A stretch of DNA of 64,000 bases from Motiliproteus sp. (GTDB taxonomy: Bacteria; Pseudomonadota; Gammaproteobacteria; Pseudomonadales; Balneatricaceae). A model generated the notes under the pieces. It worked only from the letters and a program-made list of their open reading frames with translations, searched no databases and was not told where the DNA came from. The stretch lies in the NCBI GenBank assembly GCA_026196225.1, contig JAPHRD010000037.1, positions 6,855-70,854 of the forward strand, written 5' to 3'. Shown here piece after piece: positions 42,946-54,027 of the stretch. The position numbers were made by a program, and so were the translations under genes. The stretch's first letter is position 1. The number at the start of each line of letters is the position of its first letter.

Positions 42946-45060
42946 TCACTGCCTGAACGGTAACGACCTATCGCTTACCCACTGCGCGAGAGTAATCTCT
43001 TCTTGAACCAACTCCTTCAGCAGCGCCGAAGGCGTCCAATACAGTTCTCCGTGCTTATCCCGGTAGGCACAGATCATCTCGTAGACATTCTTCAAGCCCA
43101 ACTGGTCGGCGTAGAACATAGGTCCACCGCGGTACGGGGGGAAGCCATAACCAAAGACGTAGACCGCATCGATATCACCCGGTCGCTGAGCAATGCCTTC
43201 TTCCAAAATTTTGAAGCCTTCATTGATCAACGCCAGAGTCAAACGTTTTAGAATCTCGTCATTGCTGATTTCACGGCGGGTAACTCCCTGCTTATGGGCT
43301 TCCGCTTCTATGATTTTGAGCACTTCCGGATCGGAACTCCGGGCCCGCGTCTCAGGGTCGTAGCGGTAATAACCCGCCCCCGTCTTCTGACCCAAGCGCC
43401 CCATCTCGGCAAGGGTGTCGGCGATACAGTAGGTTTTCGGTTCGCCTTTCTCCTCATCGGACAAGGCCTGGCGGGCCTTGTAGCCTATATCCAGACCGGC
43501 AAGGTCCCCTACCGCCAAGGGCCCCATGGCCATGCCCCAATCCACCATCACACGGTCTATCTGTTCAGGGCTTGATCCTTCGATCAGGCAAAGCTGCGTT
43601 TCGCGAGTGTACTGGCGCAGCATGCGGTTACCGATAAAGCCAAAACAAACTCGGGAGAGAACGGGGACTTTCTGGATCTTCTTGGCAATCGACATCGACG
43701 TAGCCAGAACTTCATCCGAGGTTTTATCGCCCCGGATAATTTCCAACAACTTCATCACATTGGCGGGGCTGAAGAAGTGAAGACCGATAACATCTTCAGG
43801 GCGGCTGGTGACCGCTGCAATCGCATCCACATCCAGGTAAGAGGTATTGGTCGCTAGGATTGCCTTCTGTTTACAAACCCCATCCAGCTTGGTGAACACC
43901 TCTTTCTTGACCTCGATGCTTTCAAACACCGCCTCTATCACCAAATCACAATCGGCCAGGTCTGCATACAGAGTGGTTCCAGTAATCAATCGCTGTCGGG
44001 CGGCGGCGTCCGCTTCGGTCAGCTTGCCTCGCTTAACACTAACTCCGTAGTTCTTGGCAATCAGTTGCAAGCCGCGCTGCAAGGCTTCATCACTGATTTC
44101 CAGGAGCTTAACGGGAATGCCTGCATTGGCGAAACACATAGCGATACCACCGCCCATGGTGCCCCCGCCGATCACCGCGACGGACCGAACCTCACGATTA
44201 GCGGTTTCTTTCGGCAGCCCTTCAACCTTTGATGCGTTACGTTCTGCAAAAAACATATGCCGCATAGCAGCAGACTGTTCGGATTCCCGGCACTCAATAA
44301 ACAGCGCGCGCTCCGTCTGCAGGCCTTGATCAAACGAACCTTTGGCTGCGGCTTCGATACAAGACACAATGTGCTGGGGCGCCAACTGTCCTCGTGCACG
44401 TTTCTTCAGCTTAGAGCGATAAGAAACAAATAGATCATCAGCGACAGTGGCCGGATCGATCGTGATATCGCGAACCCGTCTGGGTTGGGCCCCGCTAGCA
44501 ACGAGCGCCTTGGCATAGCCAAGCGCCACCTCCTGCAAGTCGCCCTCCAGTACCTTATCGATCAGGCTCAGTTGTTGCGCTTTTTCAGCCACGATAGGAG
44601 CACCGCTGGTAATCAGGTCCAGCGCCGCCTCAACCCCTGCAAGGCGCGGTACCCGCTGGGTGCCTCCAGCGCCGGGTAACAAACCTAGCGTCACCTCCGG
44701 CAAACCAACCTCTGCCGTTGGAATTGCACACCGATAGTGACAGGCCAACGCCAACTCAAAACCGCCACCCAAGGCTGAACCATGCAGTGCTGCGATGACC
44801 GGCTTTTCAGAGTTTTCGATGGCAGACAGCACGCTGGGCAGTGATGGCTCTTTCGGCAGCTGGCCAAACTCACTGATATCGGCACCGGCGATAAAGGTAC
44901 GACCGGTACAAAGGATCAGCAGCGCCTTCGAACTATCGAATTTAGCTCCTTCAATGGCATTTTTCAGCCCTTCGCGTACGGCTTGAGACAAAGCGTTTAC
45001 GGGTGGGTTATCGATGGTGATAACACCAATTTCATTAACTAGTTCATATCTCACTGTCAC
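42946..45060 (-). CDS. bifunctional enoyl-CoA hydratase / 3-hydroxyacyl-CoA dehydrogenase (FadB/FadJ-like)
   Basis: 704 aa. Crotonase N-terminus (FIAGADISEF), Rossmann motif VAVIGGGTMGGGIA, 3HCDH C-terminal domains. Confidence 0.9.
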   Translation of the reverse strand: MTVRYELVNEIGVITIDNPPVNALSQAVREGLKNAIEGAKFDSSKALLILCTGRTFIAGADISEFGQLPKEPSLPSVLSAIENSEKPVIAALHGSALGGGFELALACHYRCAIPTAEVGLPEVTLGLLPGAGGTQRVPRLAGVEAALDLITSGAPIVAEKAQQLSLIDKVLEGDLQEVALGYAKALVASGAQPRRVRDITIDPATVADDLFVSYRSKLKKRARGQLAPQHIVSCIEAAAKGSFDQGLQTERALFIECRESEQSAAMRHMFFAERNASKVEGLPKETANREVRSVAVIGGGTMGGGIAMCFANAGIPVKLLEISDEALQRGLQLIAKNYGVSVKRGKLTEADAAARQRLITGTTLYADLADCDLVIEAVFESIEVKKEVFTKLDGVCKQKAILATNTSYLDVDAIAAVTSRPEDVIGLHFFSPANVMKLLEIIRGDKTSDEVLATSMSIAKKIQKVPVLSRVCFGFIGNRMLRQYTRETQLCLIEGSSPEQIDRVMVDWGMAMGPLAVGDLAGLDIGYKARQALSDEEKGEPKTYCIADTLAEMGRLGQKTGAGYYRYDPETRARSSDPEVLKIIEAEAHKQGVTRREISNDEILKRLTLALINEGFKILEEGIAQRPGDIDAVYVFGYGFPPYRGGPMFYADQLGLKNVYEMICAYRDKHGELYWTPSALLKELVQEEITLAQWVSDRSLPFRQ

Positions 45061-45249
45061 TTTGATGATCTCCTCATGAAACTCTTTCTACTAACCGCAC
45101 GAAAAATTTTTTCTATATCCTCACCCGTACAAATAACGATGACACAGGCTTTCCCTAGCCACTGACACCTAGTAGTAGGGCCACAGTTTTAACGGGGGTC
45201 ACTCGTGACAGATATAGAGACGGTATTGCCGTTACGTAATGGATGTCAG

Positions 45250-46473
45250 TTACAAAACATTCTGCTCACGTAAAGAAGCAATTTGCTCTGTGCCCTTATT
45301 CAACAGTCGTTCCAGTACGGTGTCCGTGTCCTCACCCAACTGGGGGGGGGCTTTTTTGTATTCCTGCTGAGTTTTGGAGAACTTAATTGGGCTGGCAACA
45401 CCAGGAACTGGTCCGATATCAGGATGTTCAAGGTCTACCTTCATTTCACGAGCAACAACCTGAGGGTCTTCAAATACCTGCTGAATATTCTGGATGGGGC
45501 CACAAGGCACATGAACACCCACCAATACATCCATCCAATAATGACTACTTTCTTTTCGTGTGATATCAGACATGATCCCCACGAGCGCAACACGGTTCTC
45601 CACCCGACTAGGATTAGTCTGGAAACGGATGTCCTGAGCGAGGTCCTGCCTCGCTACAACTTGGCAGAATTGCTGAAATTGCCGATCATTTCCAATCGCT
45701 ATAATTACTTGTCCGTCTGAGGTCGGGAACGGCTGATAGGGTGCCAGGTTGGGGTGATATTCGCCTGTGCGTGAAGGCGCGGTACCACTGCAAAAATAAT
45801 TCAACGCCTGGTTTGCTAACCAACTAACCTGAACATCAAGTAGGGCCATATCAATATGCTGACCCTCTCCTGTACTGTTCCGATGATGAAGGGCAGCGAG
45901 GATGGCAACTGTTGCATTCATACCGGTGGTTAGGTCGGCTACTGCCATACCGACGCGTTGAGGGCCTGCACCAGGCTGGCCATCTGGCACACCCGTAATA
46001 CTCATCAAACCGGACTGAGCCTGAATTAGATAGTCATACCCCGCATCATTAGCCATCGGCCCTGTCTGTCCAAAGCCGGTAATTGAACAATAAATAAGGC
46101 CTGGATTCACTTCTGAAAGCTCTTCATATCCGAGGCCTTTTTTGCCTAAAGCGCCTGTTTTGAAATTCTCGACAAGAATATCGCTTTTAGCCGCAAGCTC
46201 TCGTATTAGCTCTTGGCCTTCAGACTGGCTGATATCGACAGTGACCGAATGCTTGCCCCTGTTGGTGGACAGATAGTAAGCGGATTCTTTAGTAGCATTC
46301 CCATTTCGATCCTTGAGCCACGGAGGGCCCCAATGCCGGGTATCGTCTCCCATCCCCGGACGCTCGATTTTGATCACTTCCGCTCCCAAGTCCGCAAGAA
46401 TCTGTGTACTCCAGGGTCCTGCTAAAACGCGGGACAAATCCAGGACGCGAACACCTGTTAATGGACCTGCCAT
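45250..46473 (-). CDS. family III CoA-transferase (CaiB/BaiF)
   Basis: Start at ATG 46473 (GGAGGTGG upstream). GVRVLDLSRVLAGPWSTQILADLGAEVIKIERP. Confidence 0.88.
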   Translation of the reverse strand: MAGPLTGVRVLDLSRVLAGPWSTQILADLGAEVIKIERPGMGDDTRHWGPPWLKDRNGNATKESAYYLSTNRGKHSVTVDISQSEGQELIRELAAKSDILVENFKTGALGKKGLGYEELSEVNPGLIYCSITGFGQTGPMANDAGYDYLIQAQSGLMSITGVPDGQPGAGPQRVGMAVADLTTGMNATVAILAALHHRNSTGEGQHIDMALLDVQVSWLANQALNYFCSGTAPSRTGEYHPNLAPYQPFPTSDGQVIIAIGNDRQFQQFCQVVARQDLAQDIRFQTNPSRVENRVALVGIMSDITRKESSHYWMDVLVGVHVPCGPIQNIQQVFEDPQVVAREMKVDLEHPDIGPVPGVASPIKFSKTQQEYKKAPPQLGEDTDTVLERLLNKGTEQIASLREQNVL

Positions 46474-46492
46474 AACACCACCTCCTAAATAA

Positions 46493-47656
46493 TTAAGCCG
46501 TTTGCTCACTTGCTTCACGAATCAGCTGCTTTGCAATGACCAGCTGCTGAATCTGAGAAGTACCTTCATAGAGGCGGAACAGACGAACATCTCGATAGAA
46601 GCGCTCTACACAATATTCGCTGATATAACCGGAACCGCCATGCACCTGTACCGCGCGGTCAGCAACCCGGCCAACCATCTCGGTGCAAAAAAGTTTGCAG
46701 CTTGCTGCCTGCAACGAAACCTTCTCGCCTGCGTCATAGGCGCGCGCAGTCTCCTCAACCATGCATTTACCTGCGTAGTATTCCGTTTGACTATCCGCAA
46801 GCATTGCCTGCACCAGTTGAAAATTGCAGATCTCAGTTCCAAATTGCTTCCGCTCGGTTGAATAAAGGACGCTCTCATCAATAAGCCGCTTCGCAGTACC
46901 TACACTCAGAGCACTAATATGAAGCCGTCCCCGATCTAGCACCTTCATTGCTGTCTTGAATCCTTGTCCTTCAACACCACCGATCAAAGCTGCTCTGGGT
47001 ACTCGCACATTGTCAAAAATCACATCACAGGTATGCGAGCCCTTTTGCCCCATTTTCTTATCTGGTTTGCCAAGGGTGATTCCTGGTAGACCTGCATCCA
47101 CCAAAAAAGCAGATACGCCTCTGCCACCTTCCTCACGAGTACCGGTTCGAGCCATGACCGTAAAAACACCGGCACGGGGAGCATTGGTAATAAACCGCTT
47201 GGTTCCATTAAGAATGTATTCATCCCCGTCAAGCCGAGCGCTGGTTCGTACCGAGCCAGCATCCGAGCCGGCATCGGGCTCGGTCAATGCAAACGAACCG
47301 ATCAGCTCCCCACTTGCCATCAACGGCAAATACTTAGCTTTTTGCTCAGACGTTCCATCCATGATGATCCCCTGAGAACCGATCCCAACGTTGGTACCAA
47401 ACATTGAGCGAAAGACAGGTGATGTGTAGCCCATCTCTTGAATGATGGCGACTTCTTCGCTCATGGTCAGCCCGAGACCACCAAACTCCTCCGGAATAGA
47501 TATCCCAAAAAGGCCCATATCTTTCATTTCGTTAATGACTTCTTCGGGAATCTGATCTTCGTCAGCAACCTGATCTTCCAACGGAATAAGACGCTCACGC
47601 ACATACCGCCGAACAGTGTCCACGAACTGCTTCAATGTCTCTTGATCAAGTGCCAT
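46493..47656 (-). CDS. acyl-CoA dehydrogenase
   Basis: Start at ATG 47656 (GGAGG 5 nt upstream). ACAD N, middle and C domains, with YEGTSQIQQLVIAKQL. Confidence 0.9.
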   Translation of the reverse strand: MALDQETLKQFVDTVRRYVRERLIPLEDQVADEDQIPEEVINEMKDMGLFGISIPEEFGGLGLTMSEEVAIIQEMGYTSPVFRSMFGTNVGIGSQGIIMDGTSEQKAKYLPLMASGELIGSFALTEPDAGSDAGSVRTSARLDGDEYILNGTKRFITNAPRAGVFTVMARTGTREEGGRGVSAFLVDAGLPGITLGKPDKKMGQKGSHTCDVIFDNVRVPRAALIGGVEGQGFKTAMKVLDRGRLHISALSVGTAKRLIDESVLYSTERKQFGTEICNFQLVQAMLADSQTEYYAGKCMVEETARAYDAGEKVSLQAASCKLFCTEMVGRVADRAVQVHGGSGYISEYCVERFYRDVRLFRLYEGTSQIQQLVIAKQLIREASEQTA

Positions 47657-48021
47657 TGGGGCCTCCATTTTTGCATTTTTGTGATTATTCAATCTAAAAA
47701 CCATAGTTCGCATAACGAACGTATGTACGTTTATCGAACATGCTATTTTCATTCTAAAGACTTGTCAAGCGAACTTTGGAATTGAAACCAAACACACCTC
47801 TTGGGAAGGGCAAAGGTTAAAGCGAGCAAGTGTTTACGACTCATGCCCCAATATCAGCGTGGTACGACCAGCGTGCTAAACCATCAATAGATAGAACGTC
47901 CGACCATCAAAAAATCACTTGCACAATAGAATTCGGTGTGTATGATTAATTTTGCAATTCGGATATCGCACTACTGTTCGAATAACGCACCTAGTGATTT
48001 GTGAGGATAAAGGATAATAAG

Positions 48022-49011
48022 ATGAACCAGCAGATTAAGAATTTCTTTAGCGCTACAGCTATTGGAGCTGCAGCGCTATGTTCCATTTTTGCTTCTCAGG
48101 CTACTGCCGCCGATTGGCCTAGCGATAATATTCGACTTGTCGTACCGTACTCTGCGGGTGGCACAACTGACCTCATTTCGCGCAAAGTTGCGGATCTAAT
48201 GCAAAATGAACTAGGCACCATTGTTGTTGAAAACCGCCCTGGAGCTGGATCAACGGTAGCCACCGGGCAGCTATCTCGTGGTGGACGCGGCATAAACCAC
48301 ACTATCCTAATGGCCTCTCCTGGCCACGCGATCGGGCCCGCTATCTACCCGGGGTTGCGCTTCGACCCCGTCAAAGACTTCCGCTTCATTAGAAAAGTAA
48401 TCAGTATCCCCAATGTGATGGTTGTTCCAGCCAGTAGCCCATATAACAGCTTGGCGGAATTGGTTGAGGCGGCAAAAAACAAGGAAGTGACCTTCAGCTC
48501 GCCTGGCATGGGTAGCTCTGTCCATATGTCTGGGGAACTGTTTAAGAGCGTGACGGAGACACAGATGGTGCATGTGCCATTCAGAGGTAGTGGCGAAGCC
48601 TTGCCAGCTCTGCTTTCAGGAGATGTTGACGTATCGTTCGATAACATGCCCACCGTTCTTCCACACATAAAGTCTGGCAAGCTCAAGGCTTTGGCCATCA
48701 CAACACCTAAGCGCTCTCCGTTTCTTCCTGACGTTCCTACGGTAAGCGAAGCTGGTGAGCAATACGGACTGAGTGGTTTTAATACGTCCGCATGGTTTGG
48801 TGTGATTGCCCATAACTCTCTTCCCGATGCTGCTACGTCCAAGTTAACTGACGCTTTGGATAAGGTAATGGAAAGTGAAGACTTCCTCGCTTTTTTACCT
48901 AAATTTGGGGCTGAGGCTGGAATAGAATCCGGAGATAATTTCCGAGGTTTTATTTCAACTGAAGTAAAAAAATGGGCTAAGGTTGCCCAAGAAGCCAATA
49001 TCAAGCGCTGA
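48022..49011 (+). CDS. tripartite tricarboxylate transporter substrate-binding protein (Bug/TctC family)
   Basis: Signal peptide, then VVPYSAGGTTDLISRKVA. Confidence 0.88.
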   Translation: MNQQIKNFFSATAIGAAALCSIFASQATAADWPSDNIRLVVPYSAGGTTDLISRKVADLMQNELGTIVVENRPGAGSTVATGQLSRGGRGINHTILMASPGHAIGPAIYPGLRFDPVKDFRFIRKVISIPNVMVVPASSPYNSLAELVEAAKNKEVTFSSPGMGSSVHMSGELFKSVTETQMVHVPFRGSGEALPALLSGDVDVSFDNMPTVLPHIKSGKLKALAITTPKRSPFLPDVPTVSEAGEQYGLSGFNTSAWFGVIAHNSLPDAATSKLTDALDKVMESEDFLAFLPKFGAEAGIESGDNFRGFISTEVKKWAKVAQEANIKR

Positions 49012-49079
49012 GATGCCGGGAGGGTGAGGCTTGCTTATCACCCTCCCTTTCCAGGGTTTGATATAACGGAGGCTTTGAT

Positions 49080-49601
49080 ATGAAAAACGTAGAGATCGAT
49101 ATCGCAGAGATTCAGGAGCGATATTATGGGCGTTTTAACCCGAACTCGATTTTAGGTGCAACCTTTGCGCTAGTGGCGATACTCTTTCTGTACTACCTAG
49201 TTCCCAACTACATTGAAGAACCCGGTTACTTAAAGAATCCTATGTTGTCACCGCGCTTTATACCGCTAGTGGCTGGTTGGCTTGTGCTGACTTTATCCAT
49301 CGTAATGCTTATTGAAGGGTTACTTCGCCCACCAAAACATACTGCTTCAGAAGAACTACATAGCGGTATCCCAAAATTAAGGTGGGCACTGATGATGGCT
49401 GCATGCGCTATCTATATGTTCCTTTTTGAACAACTTGGTGCAATTACTTGCGGTATCTTCGCTAGCTTATTTCTCTTCCTGGCAAGTAGTGTGCGGCATG
49501 TTTGGGTCTACCTTCTTGGCTTCGCCTTTCCTGTGGTTGTCTCCTTATTATTTATTCACGTTCTGAATGTCCCGCTGCCAGTGGGTACGATTTGGGAGTG
49601 A
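49080..49601 (+). CDS. tripartite tricarboxylate transporter TctB family small membrane subunit
   Basis: 173 aa, 4 TM, positioned between the TctC and TctA genes. Confidence 0.75.
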   Translation: MKNVEIDIAEIQERYYGRFNPNSILGATFALVAILFLYYLVPNYIEEPGYLKNPMLSPRFIPLVAGWLVLTLSIVMLIEGLLRPPKHTASEELHSGIPKLRWALMMAACAIYMFLFEQLGAITCGIFASLFLFLASSVRHVWVYLLGFAFPVVVSLLFIHVLNVPLPVGTIWE

Positions 49602-49684
49602 AGGCACCTCAGAATAACTAGAAGGTACGCCTCCCCACTCCTCTCCTAATTGGCTTTAGTAGACACTTTACCGGGACATTAAAT

Positions 49685-51172
49685 ATGGAAAATTTTTCTG
49701 AAGTACTCACTCTATTTCTGAGTGTCGACAATTTTGTGGCAATTGCCGTTGGCGTGCTAGTCGGGGTCATTGTAGGGGCTATCCCAGGTTTGACAGCCAC
49801 GATGGCTGTAGCACTGGCGTTGCCATTTACTTTTTCTCTAGAGCCCGTTACCGCAATTTTATTGTTGGTTGGTATCTACAAAGGAGGCATGTACGGAGGT
49901 TCTATCACAGCGATATTGATTCGAACCCCTGGCTCCCCAGCCGCCGCCTGCACCCTTTTGGATGGCTACCCTCTGGCACAACAAGGAAAAGCAAAAAAAG
50001 CTTTAAAGACAGCACTCTACTCGTCTTGCGTAGCGGATCTTATATCTAACATCGCGCTTATCTTCTTTGCTAGTTACTTAGCAAAAATCGCCTTGAATTT
50101 TGGGCCGCCCGAATACTTTTGGTTGATCTGTTTTTCTTTGACTATCATCGTATCTGTTTCCGGTGACTCTGTTGTCAAAGGGCTCATCGCAGCTGGTCTT
50201 GGGGTCATTGTATCGAGCATTGGGCTGGATGCGGTCTATGGATCTCAACGACTAACCTTTGATAGCTATGATTTGATGGACCGTGTGTCTTTCATTCCCC
50301 TTCTAATAGGCTTATTTGCTATCCCTGAAGTCTTTGAATTTTATACCTCGAAAGTTGTTCCGCACATTCGTACGGCAGCTAGCGGTGCTTCTTTGACCCT
50401 TGCGGAATTCAAGCGCTGCCTGAAGACAGTTATTCGGGGTAGTTTGATCGGTGTAGTAATCGGTGCCATTCCTGGGACAGGCGCAACAGCTGCTGCTTTC
50501 ATCTCCTATAGCGAAGCCAAGCGTAACTCACCTAGAAAAAACAATTTTGGTAAAGGTGAAATAGAAGGTGTGGCCGCAGCAGAAGCAGGCAATAATGGTG
50601 TAGCCGGTGCCACGATGATTCCTCTTTTGTCGCTTGGAATCCCAGGTGATGTCATAACCGCGATCATCCTTGGTGCATTCATGATCCATGGCCTCACCCC
50701 TGGCCCTGTTTTGTTCCAAGAAAACCTGACCATGGTCTACGCACTGTTTTGCGGAATTTTGGTCAGCTCGGCAGTGCTCCTGATTGTAGGTAATGCCGCT
50801 ATCCGCTACTTCTCACTCATTGCGGAAATCCCGAAATCTATTCTGTTACCAATCGTTCTGATGTTCTGTGTTTATGGCGCATACGCAGTAAATAACAGTA
50901 CATTTGATATTGGATTGATGCTGCTGTTTGGACTTCTAGGGTTTATCTTTAATAGGACAGGCATTGCTTCTGCACCGTTCCTGATTGGATTTATCCTTGG
51001 GCCAATGTTTGAGGACAACTTACGCCGCACGTTCTTAATTAGCAAAGGCGACCCCTCTATCTTCTTTCGCGGCCCAATTACGTGGTTATTTATTGCTTTG
51101 ACAATAGCATCCCTTGCCTTTGCTGCTTACCGCTATTGGCAAAATAGAATAGCCGCTACCAACGCCTCTTAA
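49685..51172 (+). CDS. tripartite tricarboxylate transporter permease (TctA family)
   Basis: 495 aa, polytopic. GAIPGLTATMAVALALPFTF and GAIPGTGATAAAFISY repeats. Confidence 0.88.
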   Translation: MENFSEVLTLFLSVDNFVAIAVGVLVGVIVGAIPGLTATMAVALALPFTFSLEPVTAILLLVGIYKGGMYGGSITAILIRTPGSPAAACTLLDGYPLAQQGKAKKALKTALYSSCVADLISNIALIFFASYLAKIALNFGPPEYFWLICFSLTIIVSVSGDSVVKGLIAAGLGVIVSSIGLDAVYGSQRLTFDSYDLMDRVSFIPLLIGLFAIPEVFEFYTSKVVPHIRTAASGASLTLAEFKRCLKTVIRGSLIGVVIGAIPGTGATAAAFISYSEAKRNSPRKNNFGKGEIEGVAAAEAGNNGVAGATMIPLLSLGIPGDVITAIILGAFMIHGLTPGPVLFQENLTMVYALFCGILVSSAVLLIVGNAAIRYFSLIAEIPKSILLPIVLMFCVYGAYAVNNSTFDIGLMLLFGLLGFIFNRTGIASAPFLIGFILGPMFEDNLRRTFLISKGDPSIFFRGPITWLFIALTIASLAFAAYRYWQNRIAATNAS

Positions 51173-51293
51173 CTCTCCATTTAAAACATGCAGGATCGTA
51201 GGCCATAGCTACTTCCGGCATGAACCATTTTGGTCGAGAGAAAGCCAAGGCGTTCAAACAAATTAATGTTTCTACATCTTAAAGGATCCTAAC

Positions 51294-52502
51294 ATGAACA
51301 ACGCTTTCATCTGCGATGCAGTGCGCACTCCTATCGGTCGTTACGGTGGAGGATTGGCTTCTGTCCGGGCTGATGATCTTGGTGCAATTCCACTGCAGGC
51401 ATTGTTAGAACGTAATCCTCAATTGGACCCAGAGTTGATCGACGAAGTCATCTTTGGATGCGCCAACCAAGCAGGCGAAGACAACCGTAATGTTGCTCGA
51501 ATGTCTCTCCTATTGGCAGGCTTTCCATACTGTGTAGCCGCCACTACCATCAATCGATTATGTGGCTCTGGTATGGATGCAACAGGGGTTGCGGCACGTG
51601 CAATCAAATCCGGAGAAGTCGACCTTTTAATTGCTGGCGGAGTGGAATCAATGTCCCGTGCCCCCTTCGTTATGGGTAAGGCAGAAGCCGCCTTTAGCCG
51701 AGAACCCAATGGCCTATATGACACAACCATCGGTTGGCGCTTCATTAATTCGAAAATGAAAGCTTATTATGGCGTGGACTCCATGCCTGAAACGGCAGAA
51801 AACGTGGCTGAAGACTTTTCCATCTCTCGAGAAGCCCAGGATTTATTTGCATTACGAAGTCAACAGAAAGCAGAACAGGCTATGACCTCAGGTCTTTTTA
51901 ATGATGAAATCATTCCTGTAACGATTCCTCAGCGGAAAGGTGATCCTGCTGTTATCGAGCAAGACGAGCATCCCCGTGCTTCAACCACCCTCGAAGGGCT
52001 TGCCAAACTGCGTGCACCCTTTCGAGAAGGAGGATCAGTAACGGCGGGAAATGCTTCTGGTGTTAATGATGGAGCCTGTGCACTGCTAATCGCTTCAGAT
52101 AACGCAGTTCAAACCCACCATCTGACGCCGAAAGCTCGAATTGTCGCTATGGCTACCGCAGGTGTAGAGCCACGCATTATGGGTTTCGGACCCGCACCTG
52201 CCTGCAAAAAAGTGTTGAACAAAGCCGGTTTGACTCTGGACCAGATGGATGTGATTGAACTGAATGAAGCCTTCGCATCACAAGCACTTGCCGTTATGCG
52301 CGACCTAGGACTTCCAGATGACGCGCCCCACGTTAACCCTAACGGTGGAGCAATAGCTCTAGGCCATCCCTTGGGCGCTAGTGGTGCACGCTTAGTCACG
52401 ACTGCTACCTATCAACTGCAACGCACAGGTGGCCGCTATGCCCTATGCTCAATGTGCATTGGCGTGGGTCAGGGAATCGCGATGATCATCGAGCGTGTTT
52501 AA
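51294..52502 (+). CDS. acetyl-CoA C-acyltransferase (3-ketoacyl-CoA thiolase)
   Basis: 402 aa. [10 protein letters not shown] (active Cys), [24 protein letters not shown]. Confidence 0.93.
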   Translation: MNNAFICDAVRTPIGRYGGGLASVRADDLGAIPLQALLERNPQLDPELIDEVIFGCANQAGEDNRNVARMSLLLAGFPYCVAATTINRLCGSGMDATGVAARAIKSGEVDLLIAGGVESMSRAPFVMGKAEAAFSREPNGLYDTTIGWRFINSKMKAYYGVDSMPETAENVAEDFSISREAQDLFALRSQQKAEQAMTSGLFNDEIIPVTIPQRKGDPAVIEQDEHPRASTTLEGLAKLRAPFREGGSVTAGNASGVNDGACALLIASDNAVQTHHLTPKARIVAMATAGVEPRIMGFGPAPACKKVLNKAGLTLDQMDVIELNEAFASQALAVMRDLGLPDDAPHVNPNGGAIALGHPLGASGARLVTTATYQLQRTGGRYALCSMCIGVGQGIAMIIERV

Positions 52503-52586
52503 AAGAATACGAAATTGATCATGTACTAATGATGCATGAGACCTGCTTATACAAACAGGCGATTTTCTTGGTTCCGTGGAGCGAAC

Positions 52587-53984
52587 ATGTCTGAACGCCT
52601 GTCGTCACTGTGCCTGATTATGACCATGGCAGTCATGATCGGGTACAAACTTTATGGAGGTCCGATCTTCCTCATATACATAGCGGTGATCACGCTTATT
52701 CTGTTCCTTTACCTTCAGCGGCATTGCATAAACAGAATAGGCCGGGTATTACTTTCCACAGCTATCGTATCGACGGTACTTCTCAATTGGTGTCCAGATC
52801 CGGCTTTAACTTTTAACACAGCCCTAACCCGAGCCAATTTTTTCGCCGCTTTCCTTGCTGCCTTGGCATTTATCCGCTTTGCCGCCAAGCACTCTCTGAT
52901 GGTTAAACGTTGCGGGAAGATTGTCATCAGCCAACCTCCTTCTAGGCGATATGGAATCATAACCCTTTCTGCCTATACATTTGGCAACGTGTTGAACTTT
53001 GGAGTACTTCACCTTCTAGGGCAGATGATCGAAAAGGGAAACACCCTTGAATCTGCCGGTGGGCTGGCGCATGTGCAGGAAAAGCGCCGTCAACGGATGA
53101 GCTTAGCGTTACTTCGCGGCTTTGCTCTACTGCCCCTAGCGTCCCCTTTCTCAATCGCGCTTACACTCATGCTGGCGACCATCCCAGGGTTGAAATGGCA
53201 GTACCTGCTTGCTGCGGGGACTGTGACCGCTGTCATCCTGTTTTTTCTTGGCTGGGGAGAGGATTATGTAAAGAATCCAAAGCAAGCGCCAACTTCAGCC
53301 TTGTATAGCGGCCCACCCCTTACCTGGCGACCAGCATACCAATTCTTAGGCATGATACTAGGTATCTTTATTCTTGCAGTTCTGTTGGAGCAACTAACGT
53401 CAGCAACCTTGCCAGTTGCGATAATGATCCTGTGCCCGATAGTCAGCCTGGCCTGGTTTGGATGGGGGCACTACGAACGCGGACTCAAGGCTAATCTGAA
53501 AGATATAAAAAGAGATCTCCCATTAGAAATTAATGGGTTACACTCTGAAATAAGCATCATTAGTAGTGCCTGTTTCTTTGGAGTGGTGCTGTCAGATCTA
53601 CTTCCTCGCGATAGTCTCATCGCGTTTATGCAGTCACTCCATCTTTCAGGAGCAACACTAGCTATTTCTCTATGCGTTCTGGTTACCCTACTGTCGCAGA
53701 TAGGCCTTAACCCGTTCATTACCGCGACAATTTTTGCTTCATCTTTTACGCCAACTGAAACCTATCAGTTATCACCAGAGCTACTCGCGCTAGCCCTCAT
53801 GTCCGGTTGGTGCCTGGCAATGAATTCATCTCCAGTTTCAATTTCTGCAATTATTATCAGTTCTGTTAATAAAACACCCTCCCGAGCCATCACACACCAA
53901 TGGAATGGTAATTATTCGCTCATGGCGCTGCTTGTTCTTTGTGTATGGATTGGCATAACAAGCCAGGCATTACTATTAAAATAA
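52587..53984 (+). CDS. polytopic (about 12 TM) membrane protein, unknown function
   Basis: Start at ATG 52587 (GGAG 5 nt upstream). Hydrophobic throughout. AT-richer than the upstream catabolic genes. Confidence 0.55.
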   Translation: MSERLSSLCLIMTMAVMIGYKLYGGPIFLIYIAVITLILFLYLQRHCINRIGRVLLSTAIVSTVLLNWCPDPALTFNTALTRANFFAAFLAALAFIRFAAKHSLMVKRCGKIVISQPPSRRYGIITLSAYTFGNVLNFGVLHLLGQMIEKGNTLESAGGLAHVQEKRRQRMSLALLRGFALLPLASPFSIALTLMLATIPGLKWQYLLAAGTVTAVILFFLGWGEDYVKNPKQAPTSALYSGPPLTWRPAYQFLGMILGIFILAVLLEQLTSATLPVAIMILCPIVSLAWFGWGHYERGLKANLKDIKRDLPLEINGLHSEISIISSACFFGVVLSDLLPRDSLIAFMQSLHLSGATLAISLCVLVTLLSQIGLNPFITATIFASSFTPTETYQLSPELLALALMSGWCLAMNSSPVSISAIIISSVNKTPSRAITHQWNGNYSLMALLVLCVWIGITSQALLLK

Positions 53985-54027
53985 CAGTCGTTTGGTTGTC
54001 GCCCTATTGACTGTAGGAACGAACCCT

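Noticed and set aside
45342-45350. G9 (C9 on the coding strand) followed by T6 inside the CoA-transferase gene
   Set aside because: It encodes an in-frame KKAPPQ near the C-terminus of an otherwise intact gene. There is no evidence of phase variation, so it is probably incidental.
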